From contig OX597816.1 of NCBI GenBank assembly GCA_951406725.2, positions 103,354,001 through 103,418,000 of the forward strand: a DNA stretch of 64,000 bases. The letters run 5' to 3'. Numbering within the stretch: position 1 is the stretch's first letter; the number at the start of each line of letters is the position of its first letter. Origin of the DNA: Octopus vulgaris. Lineage: Eukaryota. This document shows positions 43,558 to 56,931 of this stretch, piece after piece. The position numbers and the translations under genes are program-made. The notes below the pieces were generated by a model. The model was not told the origin of the DNA. It was given only the letters and a program-made list of their open reading frames with translations, and ran no database searches.

Positions 43558-43775
43558 AATATTTTCTAATTTGGGTATAAGACCAGCGATTTTGAGAGAA
43601 AGTGACAAGTCGATTACATCATTCCCAGTATTTGACAGATACCATATTATATCGATCCCGAAACTATGAAGGGCAAAGTTAACTTCGACGGAACATGAAC
43701 TCAGAACATAAAGGGTCGGATGAAATGGTGCTGAGCATTTTGTCCGATATGCTAACGATTTTGCCAGCTCGCCAA
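43558..43775 (-). mobile_element. SINE family B, moderately old
   Basis: gctaacgattttgccagctcgcc (head, reverse), gaactcagaac, atcgatcccgaaa. Confidence 0.8.
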
Positions 43776-43820
43776 TATAAAATAAAGAAGAAAACAGAAA
43801 AAGAAAAAATGTTAGGTAGA

Positions 43821-43996
43821 GGCGCAGGAGTGGCCGTGTGGTAAGTAGCTTGCTTACCAACCACATGGTTCCGGGTTCATTCCCTCTGTGTGGAACCTTG
43901 GGCAAGTGTCCTCTACTATAGCCTCGGGCCGACCAAAGCCTTGTGAGTGGATTTGGTAGACGGAAACTGAAAGAAGCCTATATGTGTATATATAAT

Positions 43997-44084
<88 letters not shown>

Positions 44085-44321
44085 TATGTGTGTATGTGTG
44101 TGTGTTTGTGTGGCTGTGTTTGTCCCCCCAACATCGCTTAACAACCGATGGTGGTGTGTTTACGTCCCCGTAACTTAGAGGTTCGGCAAAAGAGACCGAT
44201 AGAATAAGTACTAGGCTTCCAAAGAATAAGTCCCGTGGTCGATTTGCTCGACTAAAAAAAGGCTGCGCTCCAGCATGGCCGCAGTCAAATGACTGAAACG
44301 TATGAATAAATGAGTAAAAGA
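43821..44321 (+). mobile_element. Full-length SINE family A, 160 bp upstream of the coding exon
   Basis: Same structure as the 16819 copy. Confidence 0.92.
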
Positions 44322-44482
44322 AATTGCTAGAAAAAAAAAAAAACGGTTAACTAGCACAAGTTGCCAGAAGCTTAAGTTTTCGCTTTTACAAATACACTTA
44401 GACATATAATAATTATTGTTTATTTCAGTCAAGTTTCCTCCAGCTGTCACAATAATATTATTTCATTTTTTGTTATTCCAGC

Positions 44483-44756
44483 ATGAAGAAGTCTCAGAGA
44501 AGATGTTTGTTAGTGGTAGCCTTCCTGGTGTGCTGCTTACAATTCTCAGCTTCAGCACTCAACGAGACTTCCCATGAACCTGTATTTGACGTACAGCCAT
44601 ACAATGGTTCAACAACGCTTGTTCTCTTGGATATTAATCAGAAGTTGAACACCAATGGAAGTTGCTCACAGCCGGACATTCGCTCACTGTTAGTAGCTTA
44701 TTCAGCACTTTGGACCCATGAATACGTCAACATAGCTTCTTCACAAACGAACCGTG
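44483..44756 (+). CDS. First coding exon of a secreted or membrane protein; probable divergent class C GPCR (Venus-flytrap/ANF-receptor-like ectodomain start)
   Basis: Acceptor ttcattttttgttattccag|c-ATG; donor CGTG|GTAAGT at 44756/57 (phase 1). The 91 codons give a signal peptide (MKKSQRR-CLLVVAFLVCCLQFSASA|L), sequons N27, N41 and N58, and VLLDINQ...GSC...SLLVAYSALWTHEYVN...G, which resembles the VFT start (G.F..H...C....G.Q..EAM.WA.E.IN...G). The exon is well supported; the family call is weaker. Confidence 0.75.
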
Positions 44757-45761
44757 GTAAGTTATCCTCCTTTGAAATATATTTTATTCTTATATATAAC
44801 TAACATGGCTTGAAGAAGAATATGCCATACCATGTCTATTTAATGACCTTTTCTCTACGTGAGTTCATTAGCAGTGCACATAAATTATGTCCTTGTGACT
44901 CATTAGGTTAGAAAGAAATTCACCTTAAATAGTAACACCTTATGATTCGTAAACACCAATTATTTCATTTCTAATTTCTCAAAATCCAGTTTCTATTTCA
45001 GGCTTCGTAGTTAGGTTTCCCTGGTACTTAACAAGTTTCGCTATTTTCGCTTACCTTTTCTTCAGGCTTCTGAGTTTTGACAGCTTAAACTGCACTTCGT
45101 TGTCATCGCTGTTTAAATATGGCTAAGAATTGTTTGTTTTTTTAAAAAAGACAACGAATTTTTATTAACTATTTTATTTTTGGTACCATTTCATTTAATC
45201 CATTAAAAATAAAATAAAATTGCTTCTGAACATTATTGTTTTTTTTTTTTCTCATAAAACATAAGAAAAGGCGTTATATTATTGTTTTGAAACTAGAAAA
45301 CAACTATCCCAGACTCTCCGTACAAACAATTGTTAATACGATAAAAATACATTCTCTTTATAATTCCAGTAAATAACAGTTCTTTAGAATTAATGCGATG
45401 CGAGGAAAAAATACGGAAGCAATATAGAACATAACTTACATTAAAAAATACATACGGGAGTAATGTGTTCCCGAGAGTTTACCGTAAAGTGAAATCCCGC
45501 GACGCGAAATTAGCTTTCCTATCGATTTTCATGATATAAAATGATGATGCTTTCCAACAAATATGTTCGAAAAGACAAAAGAAGAACAAAAAATAAAAGA
45601 GAAAAAAGCGAGAAATAAAAAAGAGTATAAAGAAAAGAGAAAAAAAGCAATATGATCACTCTTTTAAGCATGAAAATAACACACATTACAATATGTATAC
45701 ATAAAGATATTTCAAGTGAAATATATTAGAATCGTCATATCGTAGTAGGATATGTACTTAC

Positions 45762-46772
45762 CACAAAAAATGTTGACTACTGTCTGAGAGGTAGTGATGG
45801 ATAAGAGTTACTTAGATGATGAGGTACGCTATCTTCTATATTATAGTCAACAACTACTTGAGAGGCGAACTTATTCGAAATTGTTTGATGTTTATGACCT
45901 ATCAAGTTTTTGTACAGCTCGGTATAGAAATTGAAGTCGTTGTAAAAACCCTTTGTAATTACATTCAGGATTAGGGTTGTGAGTTGTCATTGGCAAAAAC
46001 TTGCTGATCTTCCTCTACAAGTTACAATATTTAACAATATTCTTTGCAGTCAGCTTAAGTGCATCTGTTGGAATTTCTGTATTTTCAACGGCATCCTTAG
46101 TTTGCTTTTGTTTTAACAATATCAGCCCATTGTTAAATAAAGTTTCCCTAAGGGACACGAAAGACTCAACTATGTCATCCTACATGACTTTTTCCTGCAA
46201 CATTACATAATCCTTAAGCTTAAGATCAGTAGCCATTCCCTACTCTCTGAAAAAAATACAAATATCCTTGTATAGAACTGTGTGCTTCACAGTTCCAGCG
46301 AAGCGGTATTTGGCTGTTGTGCGCATGCTCACATGTCCGAGATAAGAAGCTTCACGCTAGGGAGAGAGAGCACTGTCGTTCATGCAGTACCGGTAAAAGG
46401 TGGTGTTTCTTTTTGACTTTGCGTGTGTTGTTTTTTAAAAACGTGTTTGTATTCTTGAATGTGATAAAGTGTAGAATTAAATTATTATCCTGCTTGCAAC
46501 TTCAGTGTTGCTATCAGGATTTGAAAAATAGGACAAATTTTCCCCCTTATTTTGTGATTTAGGGGGGATTTTTGAAAAGCAAGGGGTAATTCGCGGCGGT
46601 ATTCAGTGAACAAATTAAACACATTATACGGCAGTGGCTAAAACGTGAACCGATTAAGTTTATGTATAAACATTCTTTTTATATGTTTGTTTCCTTTTAC
46701 ACAATATTAAAACAACGGCTAAAAATTTTCTAAAGCAGCACCCCAACTAATTTTATCTACGAGCCGCTACTG
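45762..46772 (-). pseudogene. Decayed DNA-transposon (probably hAT) coding relic
   Basis: Minus strand MATDLKLKDYVMLQEKVM*DDIVESFVSLRETLFNN...KYCNL* then ILNVITKGFYNDFNFYTELYKNLI in a shifted frame. CAG-starting TIR-like cagtagcggctc at 46772; 46415-46490 matches 12724-12800. Confidence 0.4.
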
Positions 46773-47559
46773 TACTTTATAATTCTAATAAGTGCAAAAT
46801 CACGTAAACTGAAGTAGCCGTAACAGGAGATACCTGTATTTAGTTATTTGAATTGTTGCGTCATGAAATACTGGATGTTTAGAATCGCTTTGTCTGCATT
46901 CCTGGCGAAAACATCTCTTAACAGTCTCCTTCACATCCAGATCTTCTCTAATTGTAGCTGAAGTTTATAACGTGGGTGGAAAAAAAAAGCAGCGATGGTG
47001 TTGTTGTTGTTAGCGGTATTAGTATTTGTTTTTCTTTTTTGTACTGGAAAAAAAGACGGAGACGAAAACGTATGTAATAATCGACAAACGTCTCAACTGT
47101 CCAACATTAAGCATAAAAAATAAAAGCGTCCAAGTTATGCGCACTAAATTTTCTGCGATAGTCAGTAATCTTGTATACGTTCATCTACGTTATAAATTCA
47201 TATGAAACGCATTTGTAACAAGCAAAATCCCAGTAGAGACAAGTGATGATAATAAGAGATGTCAGTAAACGGTGACAGCAAAAGAAGACATAAGAGTGCG
47301 TTAATATGACAGAAATGCATTCATTAAATGGCTCATTGGACATGTGGATTTATCAACGAGATAGTTTCAAAATCAATAATGATTTCGAATACATATTACC
47401 CTGGAGCTGTATTTCTCTCGTGAAACTGTCTTGGTGACCAGATCGCTGTTGAGCAACGAAATTTTGGCAATAGAAATTAGTGCAAACTAAATTGAAAGAT
47501 TTTGTGGAGCTTTAAATAGCTGATAAGGCTGTTCACCAATGTAATTTATCAGTTTAGTT

Positions 47560-47970
47560 TTATAGTTGTTTCAGTCAAGGGACTGCGGCCATGCTGGGAC
47601 ATCGTCTAGAAATGTTTAGTTGAGCAAATCGCCCCCAGTACATTTAAAAAAAAGTCTGATGCTTATTCTATTCGGTTCTTTTGCAGAAACTTAAACTAGA
47701 CAACATCAATTGTCGAGCTTTGGTGGAGGACAAACGCACATACATATATTAGTCACACACACACACATACACATAGACACACTTTATATACACACAATGT
47801 GTTTCTTTTAGTTTCCGACCACCAAATCCACTCACATCGGCCCGAGGCTATAGTAAAAGATACATAATCGGTCCGAGGCTATAGTAAAAGATACATGTCC
47901 AAGGTGCCACTCAGTGAGACTGAATCCGAAACAATATAGTTGGGAAGCAAACTTCTTATCACATAATCAC
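47560..47970 (-). mobile_element. SINE family A, degenerate, with a 31-bp internal tandem duplication
   Basis: tttcagtc...gactgcggccatgctgg and accaaatccactcac; (gg.ccgaggctatagtaaaagatacat)x2 at about 47839-47896. Confidence 0.8.
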
Positions 47971-48072
47971 TTACTCAATTTAATTATTGTTATATTTATG
48001 AAAATTATCTTTGATTGAATTCATCTTGTATGTATTTCCGTCTAAGACTAAATTTAAAATGTTTACACACTC

Positions 48073-48153
<81 letters not shown>

Positions 48154-48203
48154 ACTATCTGTCTGTCTGTCTATCAATCCATCTACCCATCTTTTCTCCC
48201 TTT

Positions 48204-48241
<38 letters not shown>

Positions 48242-49754
48242 GCACACTCATATATACGTGTATACTTGTATATAATTTACACACACTTGTGTATAAATAT
48301 ATAATTACTCATATGTATGTATATATTCATGTATATGCATATGCATATATGTGTGTACACCAACGCGCGCGCACTCTCATATACATACACAAATATATAA
48401 AAATAAGTCTGTCTGTAAAATATGGTTATTCCTTAAATAATCTATGAGACTCAGAGGAAAGTCAGCGTTCTCACTTTTCAGAGGAAACAAAGAAGCGGAA
48501 GTTGACCTCTGTAATTTGTCCTCCTACAGAGGACGTTCTCTTAGGAGGCTCTAGGATAGAAAATAAAAGTCTATTCTTGGATATAAACAGAAATACATGA
48601 CTTTTATACTGGTGAATTGGAATCAGTATCTGAACTATATTGGTTATTGTAACAGTTGATGAGATTAATGGTTTTTGTAGCCTGTTACAGACGGGTTGAG
48701 AATCTGGACCTAGAAAACTCCTAGCTAAGATGTAAGCTTGTCTAAGACTTATGGAGGAAGACAAAAAGTAGCTCATGCAATGAAGTTTTTAATCTCCACA
48801 CCGCCGATGTGGTCAAAGGGAAATATATCTTCGATGCAGGTTGGCACCAGTTTTGTTTGAGGACGTAATACTCAAATGCTGAACATAGGAACAAATATCG
48901 TCAGGTCTCCATTCTGACGCTCTAATAAATCCACCAATCATACTACACTCAGTGGCACACGAACTAACGACGTAGTTGCTACATGGTCGCTCTTGCTAGA
49001 TATAGCTGCAAAATATCCGTGAAGCCTCCACAACTCTGTTATAAAATATAGGAAACATTTCTGTGCAGTTTTCAATACATTTACCCCTAAAAACACAAAA
49101 TGACTATAATTGTATACTATGTTCCTAGAATAACTTTAACAACGAGGGTCCTTGATCTGAAGAAAAATTGTTACAGTCGTTACACTTTTTCCGACTCTCT
49201 ACCCTCTGATTTCTAATCTCGCCGAGATCAGATTTGACTTTCAGCATCTAAGGGAGATGAAAATTAAAAAATTATTCAGATCTGTCTTGAACACTGGTCA
49301 TACATAGTGAATATCAGTAAAATGTATAGTCACTATAAACATACATATGCTGTTTATAGTGAACACTATAGTGGATAGTTTTCAGATGTTCACTCGCCAG
49401 TGTGCAGGTATCCAGTGAACATTGAAAAGTGCCTAGTTAGTACTATTTATATTGAGCCTATAAATGGTTACACGACCAGTTAGAAATAGCAACTAAATCT
49501 GTTGCAAGGCACATCCGACATCTTAACAATCGAAGATACATAGAATACCAGAATCCCAGATACACTGCGGTCAAAGTTATAAGTCGAATGATTTTTTTCT
49601 TATCTCCTCAATCAGGGTTGAACTGGGGCTAACACCGACTAGATTATTGTCTGAATTTTTAATCGACAATATCCAGGTGTGTTATCAAATTTTTTCCAGA
49701 CGTTAACTCAAATTTAAGCAGATATGTAGTGAATGATGGTTTGTGTTTAATCAG

Positions 49755-49980
49755 TGAAGGCACACGGCTTAGCGGTTGGGGGGTTTTCAGCTCACGATCA
49801 TAAGGTCATTAGTTTGATTCCCGTTGTCCTTGAGCACTTTATTTCACGTTGCTCCACTCCATCCAGCTGGCAAAAATGAGTTCTATCTACATTCCAAAGG
49901 GCTAGCCTTGTCGCATTCAGTGTCACGCCGAATAGCTATGAGAATTGCGTTGAGGATATGTGTATCTGTGGTGTGCTCCT
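49755..49980 (+). mobile_element. Old SINE with a C2-type head/core and a C-type tail
   Basis: 5' part matches 18952-19214 (tttcacgttgctcca...cagctggcaaaaatgagt); 3' part matches 9855-9940 (gccttgtc...tgtcacgc.gaat...gagaa.t.cgtt). Confidence 0.65.
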
Positions 49981-50643
49981 GAAGCAACTTCTCAGCACTG
50001 AATGCATATCTATGGATCACAAAATAAGTAACGATACAACTTTGACAGACCAATTGATTAACTATTTGATCAATTAATTAGCTACCTAATTGATTGGTAA
50101 TAAAACTGAAGTAAAAACATAGCCAGTGTTTGTGCCATTATTGGCAGTATGTTGCTCCTAAAATATAGTAATGAGTGTCTGTGTGTGTACAGAAATGCAT
50201 ACACATTCCTCTTTTGCAATGAGTCACTTGCATTTCATTTGCAACAATAAAGTCCTTACAGTCTTAAAAATTAAGCTTTCTAGATTTCATACTCTCATTT
50301 TCAGGATTTACATTGTTATTAGCGCTTGTAACTGCTTCGTTGTCATGACAAGTCAATCTTACTTTCGCTGTTTTGCCCAGTTTTCGATATTTGATTGTCA
50401 GATGTATACATCCTTACACTCTTTTTAATTTTGCTTGTGACTTGTGAGAGTTTTGTGTGACTTGTCCGTTTTAACATTGGCCATACAGGCACAACTAAAT
50501 CCACCTTTCTCTCTCTCTCTCCCTCTCTCACTCACTCACTCACTCGTATATTTCACATACCCTTACAAGAAGCATAAAACAAAACTAGATATCAAGAGAT
50601 TTCTGGGTAGTAAATACATCTGTACTATATGGATGTGTTGGAC

Positions 50644-50879
50644 CAGTATTTCTCAACCAGGGTTCATATAAGATTCTGTTCTTAAATTTTTTCTGCTATA
50701 AACTGGATATGTTTCTACAATAAACAAAATATTTTAACAATTGTTTTTATACAGTTCCTAATATTTATACATAATTATAGGACGTTTTTTTTTTAGCGTC
50801 AACTGGTTATGGGATCCATCCAAATAAAATGGGAAACAACGTGATCCATAGGTTAAAAAACAATGGCTGAGAAACACTG
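50644..50879. mobile_element. Complete hAT/Charlie-like MITE with 8-bp TSD
   Basis: TIRs CAGTATTTCTCAACC / GGCTGAGAAACACTG; TSD tgttggac (50636-43) / tgttagac (50880-87). Confidence 0.85.
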
Positions 50880-53800
50880 TGTTAGACAATGATGGAAGTA
50901 TTACTCTTGACCTGCAAGTAAATGAAACAGAAGAAAAGTTGAGCAGGGCTTGAATCAAAAGCATATAGAATTACTTGAATAGAAAACAGAAATAAATCCT
51001 GTCATTTTTTATTGGTACTACACTATCGTGTATGTCATTGCGTGTGAATGTGTTAGTGTATGTATGCATGAAGGGAGAAATAGAGGAGGAGGAGAGAGAT
51101 GAGAACAGTGTTGGTCTCTTTGTATAAATACAAAGGCTTGGAAGAAAAAGTCTGTCCCAAAGGTATTGGCATAGTATGTGAGAGGAAATTGCTTCAATCG
51201 GGAATTGAAATTCAATGACGGTTTGAGCTTTGCTCTAGTTCATTTTAGACGGTGTGACTTTCTCTTTGAATGAATTCTTCTGAAAATTCTGGCACGGAAT
51301 AAAAAAAAAGAAAGAGATTTAAGCTTTCACTTTACGAGCTTCTAACATGATTTAATGTAAACAGCCTTGATGATAAATTAACAGGATTTTGATAAAAGCG
51401 AATCTAAAACCCCAATCTTTAGAAGTACGATAAGAATAATAATGGACAAATAACCGTTTTGAAGTCGATTCTGAAAGTTATCTTTTGCAATTTTGAAGGT
51501 TTGAATTTTTAATTTTATAGTGAGATATGTTTGATAATTAGCTGCTTGATTTGTTGGTTGGTCGCTTGGTTGTTTGGTTGGTTCGTTGGTTGGTTGGTTG
51601 GTCGTCGTTGTTGTTTAACGATATGTCTGTGTTAATTTAACGTGTTAATTTGACCCAGGTCAACCTTCGCTCAAGCAGGTCTGTAATCAAAAACATTCAA
51701 ATTCTCTTCATGTGACACTTGAAAACGTTTGCAAGGACTTAACCGAAGAGGAAAGTCCTTAATAATTTATAATTACTTTCTTCTATTTATATAGTAGATA
51801 TATCTGTACTCACTGTTTCATTTGTATTCATCGATGCAGTTAATATCGATGTTTTCTTATTTATTGAAGCATGAATTATTCATTTGTAATTCATAATAAC
51901 ACCATAATACTCTGTTCAAATAATGTAAATACAAGGATAAAAATTCATAATTCTTATGCAAATTAACATCCCTAATCAAAAATTTATGTAGATACAAATA
52001 AGTGACAGATGGCTGTGTTGAAAGCAAGTCAGTTTCCAATGCATAAAAGTTTCATAACTTTCACTTTCCTTTTGCAAATGCTTTGGTGTTCATCGCAGTT
52101 ATAACTAACTGTTAATTTACCCAATGTATCAAACAGTAAATTGATAGCATGTAGGCAGCAGTGGTGGTAATGTTGATGTTGTTGGCGGTGACAGGAAATA
52201 GCAAAGTATGGAAATGAAGAATAGCTAGATTGAATCAATTACGTTTGTTACTTGAGATTGTAATGCTGAGCTCTAGGTCTTCCATAGAGTCGGTGACAAT
52301 GTGAGGATGGGTTCTAAAAGATTGACCTTTTCTCTAAATATATCAGCCGACGATGATATCTACAATGCTGACCCAGTAATCTAATCGGTTGCAAAGCTTG
52401 CCATATCTATAAGCGTGTGCATCACCTTTTTATATTTCCAGTGTAGCTTTACTATTACAAGCACTGAAAATAGAATATCTGGAAAGGTTTCAACCTGTTA
52501 TCAATTTCACATCAAATAGTGTGTATACCAAATACATGTGCATATCAAGTGATGTGATACTTTTCGAAGTATCGTAGAATATCAAATCATTGTCAACCTT
52601 TTACACTTCACCCGAAAATGTAAGGCTTTCTGTATAGTGAAACCTGTGAGTGCTGAAGATACCATATGGTGCTCACTATAATGTATATGATTATAATATT
52701 TGTGGCTACCTATGTATAGACCTTGTGTTCATATTGCTGTACACCTCTTTGTTTTGTTTCTAGGAGAAAAATTTTACTTGGAAGGATCCTTCGTCAATCT
52801 TGCTGATGAACAATCAGTTTTTCGATGGACTAAACATCTATGTCGTTAAATTAGCGTTTAACTGACAGTAATTTACAGATACGTATACAGTTAATGTAAA
52901 TTCATAAGCAGAACCAGCGTGACAAAATGTAACAAGGCTGTTTCTCTGAATTACAGATACAATCCATCTGACAAGCTTTCACTAACCCGATTCCACTCAC
53001 AAGAGTTGGGTTGACTTGAGGCTTTGATAAAGATATGAGCCCATGATACCACGCTGTATGATCGAACCAAAGAGCTTTTGAATTGCGGAGCGAAAGTCTT
53101 AATCCTTCAGTTATGCTTGCATTAACACTTTATTCTAGACTGCATCAATTCACCTAACTTCGGAGACAAGACATCGAGCTGCTAGAATTAGAAATCCGAT
53201 TTCTTTAATATCACACACTAACGTTTGCAAGAAAGAAAAATCTCTTGCATAAGAGATATAGTCGTAGATAAATAAAAAGATGAAATGGCGACAACAGGAA
53301 CGTCAGAGCTGACCTAGGGATAAACAATAAGAACAATAACAAAAACAGCAACAACAACAACAACATCATATCAAGTCAATCAAGTCAACAACAACATTGC
53401 ATCAAGTCAATCCAGTCCTTGACAAGGATCTCTCAGTCGTTTTTGTCTTTGCCACTTTATTACTAGATTTGACTCTTGCTCTGTTTATAGGGTGGTATGT
53501 GATGGTTGGATATATACTTAACAGTTTTAATCGTTGTTAAAAGTTTTATGCACGGACCATGTGGGTTAAGGGTTTTCCTTAAACAGATATAGGTAACCAG
53601 CAAAAAATAGACATCGGTTGATATTATTGGATTACCTGATCGAGAGTTCAACCTCTACTGCTGAATTTTCACTGTTGTAGCTAAATGTACGTCATTTAGC
53701 TACAATAGCGTAGCTAAAGTTTTCGGTGTCCGGGTATAGATACACTATCACCTTGACAAACAGGCAGGATAACTAAAGAAATATTTACCCCTGCATCGGG

Positions 53801-54111
53801 AGTGACTGTCTGTTCAATCGTCCACTTCTTACGGAAACTCTAGTTTTATCAAAAGGGTAATTTATCACTTCTATGTTTGACGTCAGAAGACCAGGACTAA
53901 CCACCAGTAATTTGAACCCTTCTTGAAGCTAGTTACATTTTTTCCTACACCCGAAAGTACAACGAAGTTCCAGTCCTTGTAGGTTGCTACATTTCATTTG
54001 TGTTGATGCTCTTAAAAAAGATACGAATGTTACAATTCTTTATTATTATTGTTTTTTAAATATATTCTTTGTGCGAAGTCCAAAATATCTTAATATGTAA
54101 AAGTGAAAAAA

Positions 54112-54865
54112 GAAGTGAGCTGGCAGAATCGTTAGCGCGTCGGAGAAAATGTTTCGTGGTATTTCTTCCGATTCATTACATCCTGAGTTCAAAATCTACC
54201 GAGGTTGACCTGTTTTTCATTCTTTCGGAGTCCATGAATTAGGTATCGGTCATGTATTGAAGTCGATGCACTCGACTATTCCTCCTCTCACTAAAATTGC
54301 TGGTTTTGTGCCTATAGCAAAACCGAACTGCCAGAACAGTTAGAGCGTCGAGTAAAATGCTTAGCGGTATTTCGTCTGCCGCTACATTTTGAGGTCAAAT
54401 TCCGCCGAGGTCGACTTTGCCTTTCATCCTTTCGGGGTCGATTAAATAAGTACCAGTTACGCACTGGGGTCGATGTAATCGACTTAATCCGTTTGTCTAT
54501 CCTTGTTTGTCCTCACTGTGTTTAGCCCCTTGTGGGTAGTAAAGAAATAGGTATTTCGTCTGCCGCTACGTTCTGAGTTCAAATTCCGCCGAGGTCGACT
54601 TTGCCTTTCATCCTTTCGGGGTCGATTAAATAAGTACCAGTTACGCACTGGGGTCGATATAATCGACTTAATCCGTTTTCTGTCTTTGTTTGTCCCCTCT
54701 GTGTTTAGCCCCTTGTGGGTAGTAAAGAAATAGGTATTTCTTCTTTCTCTTTGTGTTCTGATCAAAATTCCACCGAGTTCGATTTTTACCTTTAATCTTT
54801 CGGGATCACTGGAGCACTGGAGTTTATCCCTCTCCTCAAAATCGATGGCCTCGTGCCAAATTTTG
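54112..54865 (+). mobile_element. SINE family B array: an old monomer, then an old copy containing two young 184/183-bp units
   Basis: ggtatttc restarts at 54366, 54550 and 54733. Confidence 0.9.
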
Positions 54866-55461
54866 CATAACGACACATTACATAATTTCCCCGTGGGGAA
54901 GATCACAAGCTATGTAACGTTCACTAGAGTTTGTTCTCTTTAGGCCCACATAGAAAGATTAAGACTATTATTTACCTACAAGTACTGTAAAAGACATTTG
55001 AAAACTTTAGAATAATTGTATAAAATACTACAGAAATTTGAGAAAAATGGATGCTTTCCAAGAAAATGTAAATGTAAAATTTTAGATTCTATATTTGTTA
55101 ATTTCATGCTTTTCTTTTTATCAAGTTCGGCTTAAACTATTTTCTACATGACTTGGATGCAAAACTTCTGACTGAATCAATATTTGCAGTCCAAGTGAAG
55201 ATTGTCAGTATCTTGTTGAATTAATTTACCGAAACTTAGGGAATTCATGTGGTTATATTTATTTTATACGTTGATATAACGAGATAAGGTCATGTGCAAT
55301 AGTTTATGAATGTGTGTGTGTGTGGTACTGTACCTAGATAAAATATTACTACCACTATTACTGACGAAGCATTGAGAAAGTTGGGAGCTGCTGGCTTCAT
55401 TCTGTACAGTTTAGCATTGTAGTCCATTTCCTCTTGTGGAGGAAGGAAATAACACAAACAA

Positions 55462-55741
55462 TAATAATTCTTTCTAATGTTGGTACAAACTAGCAGTTTT
55501 GAGTGGGTGGCGGAAGTCGGTTAGATCGACCATAGTACTTGACTGGTATTTTATTTTATGAACCTGCGAAAAGAGGAAAAGTAAACTTACACCTGCGGGA
55601 TTTGAACTCAAAACAAACAAAAATAATTCCTCTAAAGGATAGACAGCACAATAGACACCGGCGGAATCTGAACTCCGAACCTAAAGAATACGGATAAGCA
55701 TTTTTGTCTGGTTGATTAACTGTTCTGCCAGCTCACCGCTT
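55462..55741 (-). mobile_element. SINE family B, degenerate, with internal duplication
   Basis: ttctgccagctcaccgc head (reverse) and two gcgg.att.gaactc motifs. Confidence 0.7.
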
Positions 55742-56250
55742 CACAGCAAAGTATTCAACTATTGGGAGCTAAAATATTTCGCTTGCTTTCAAAACATCTA
55801 CATGAATGAAATATGTTTTACTTTTTTTTTCCGACAGAATGAGATTTCTCTTTCTCTGGTATTTTAGGAAACTGGAATGCTAAAATTTATTAATCCTTGT
55901 GGTACCATCGGGAATTTTTCCAGGTCATATTATTGTTGCAACTTATTTTCCATTTTTGTTTTTTCAGTTTTATATGACACTCAGCCAGGGAGGTGTTGTA
56001 GCAGAAATGGTTGAGTGTCGAACCAAATGCCATGAGAGATTTTTTTTCTTACATCATCTTAACTTTTAAGTTCAAATTTCCACTGGGGCTGATTTTGTCT
56101 GTGGTTCTTCCAAACTCGATAAAATTAATACCACTTGAGCGCTGACATTGATATAGTCGTCCGAATCGCCCATTAGACTTCGTTACCTTATAAGAATTCA
56201 TGATACACAGTGTTGATTTGCTAAAATCTCACGCATACGTAACAAGTCAC

Positions 56251-56931
<681 letters not shown>

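Noticed and set aside
48480-48800. Exon or LINE 3' relic after acceptor-like cttttcag
   Set aside because: Multiple stops; resemblance to RTE C-termini (GPRK) is too weak to call by eye.
54366-54740. CRISPR-like array
   Set aside because: The units are 184-bp SINE bodies without unique spacers, in a eukaryotic context with no cas genes.
55868-55960. Possible second receptor exon (ETGMLKFINPCGT)
   Set aside because: It is phase 0 whereas the upstream donor is phase 1, and the in-phase frame stops after a few codons.
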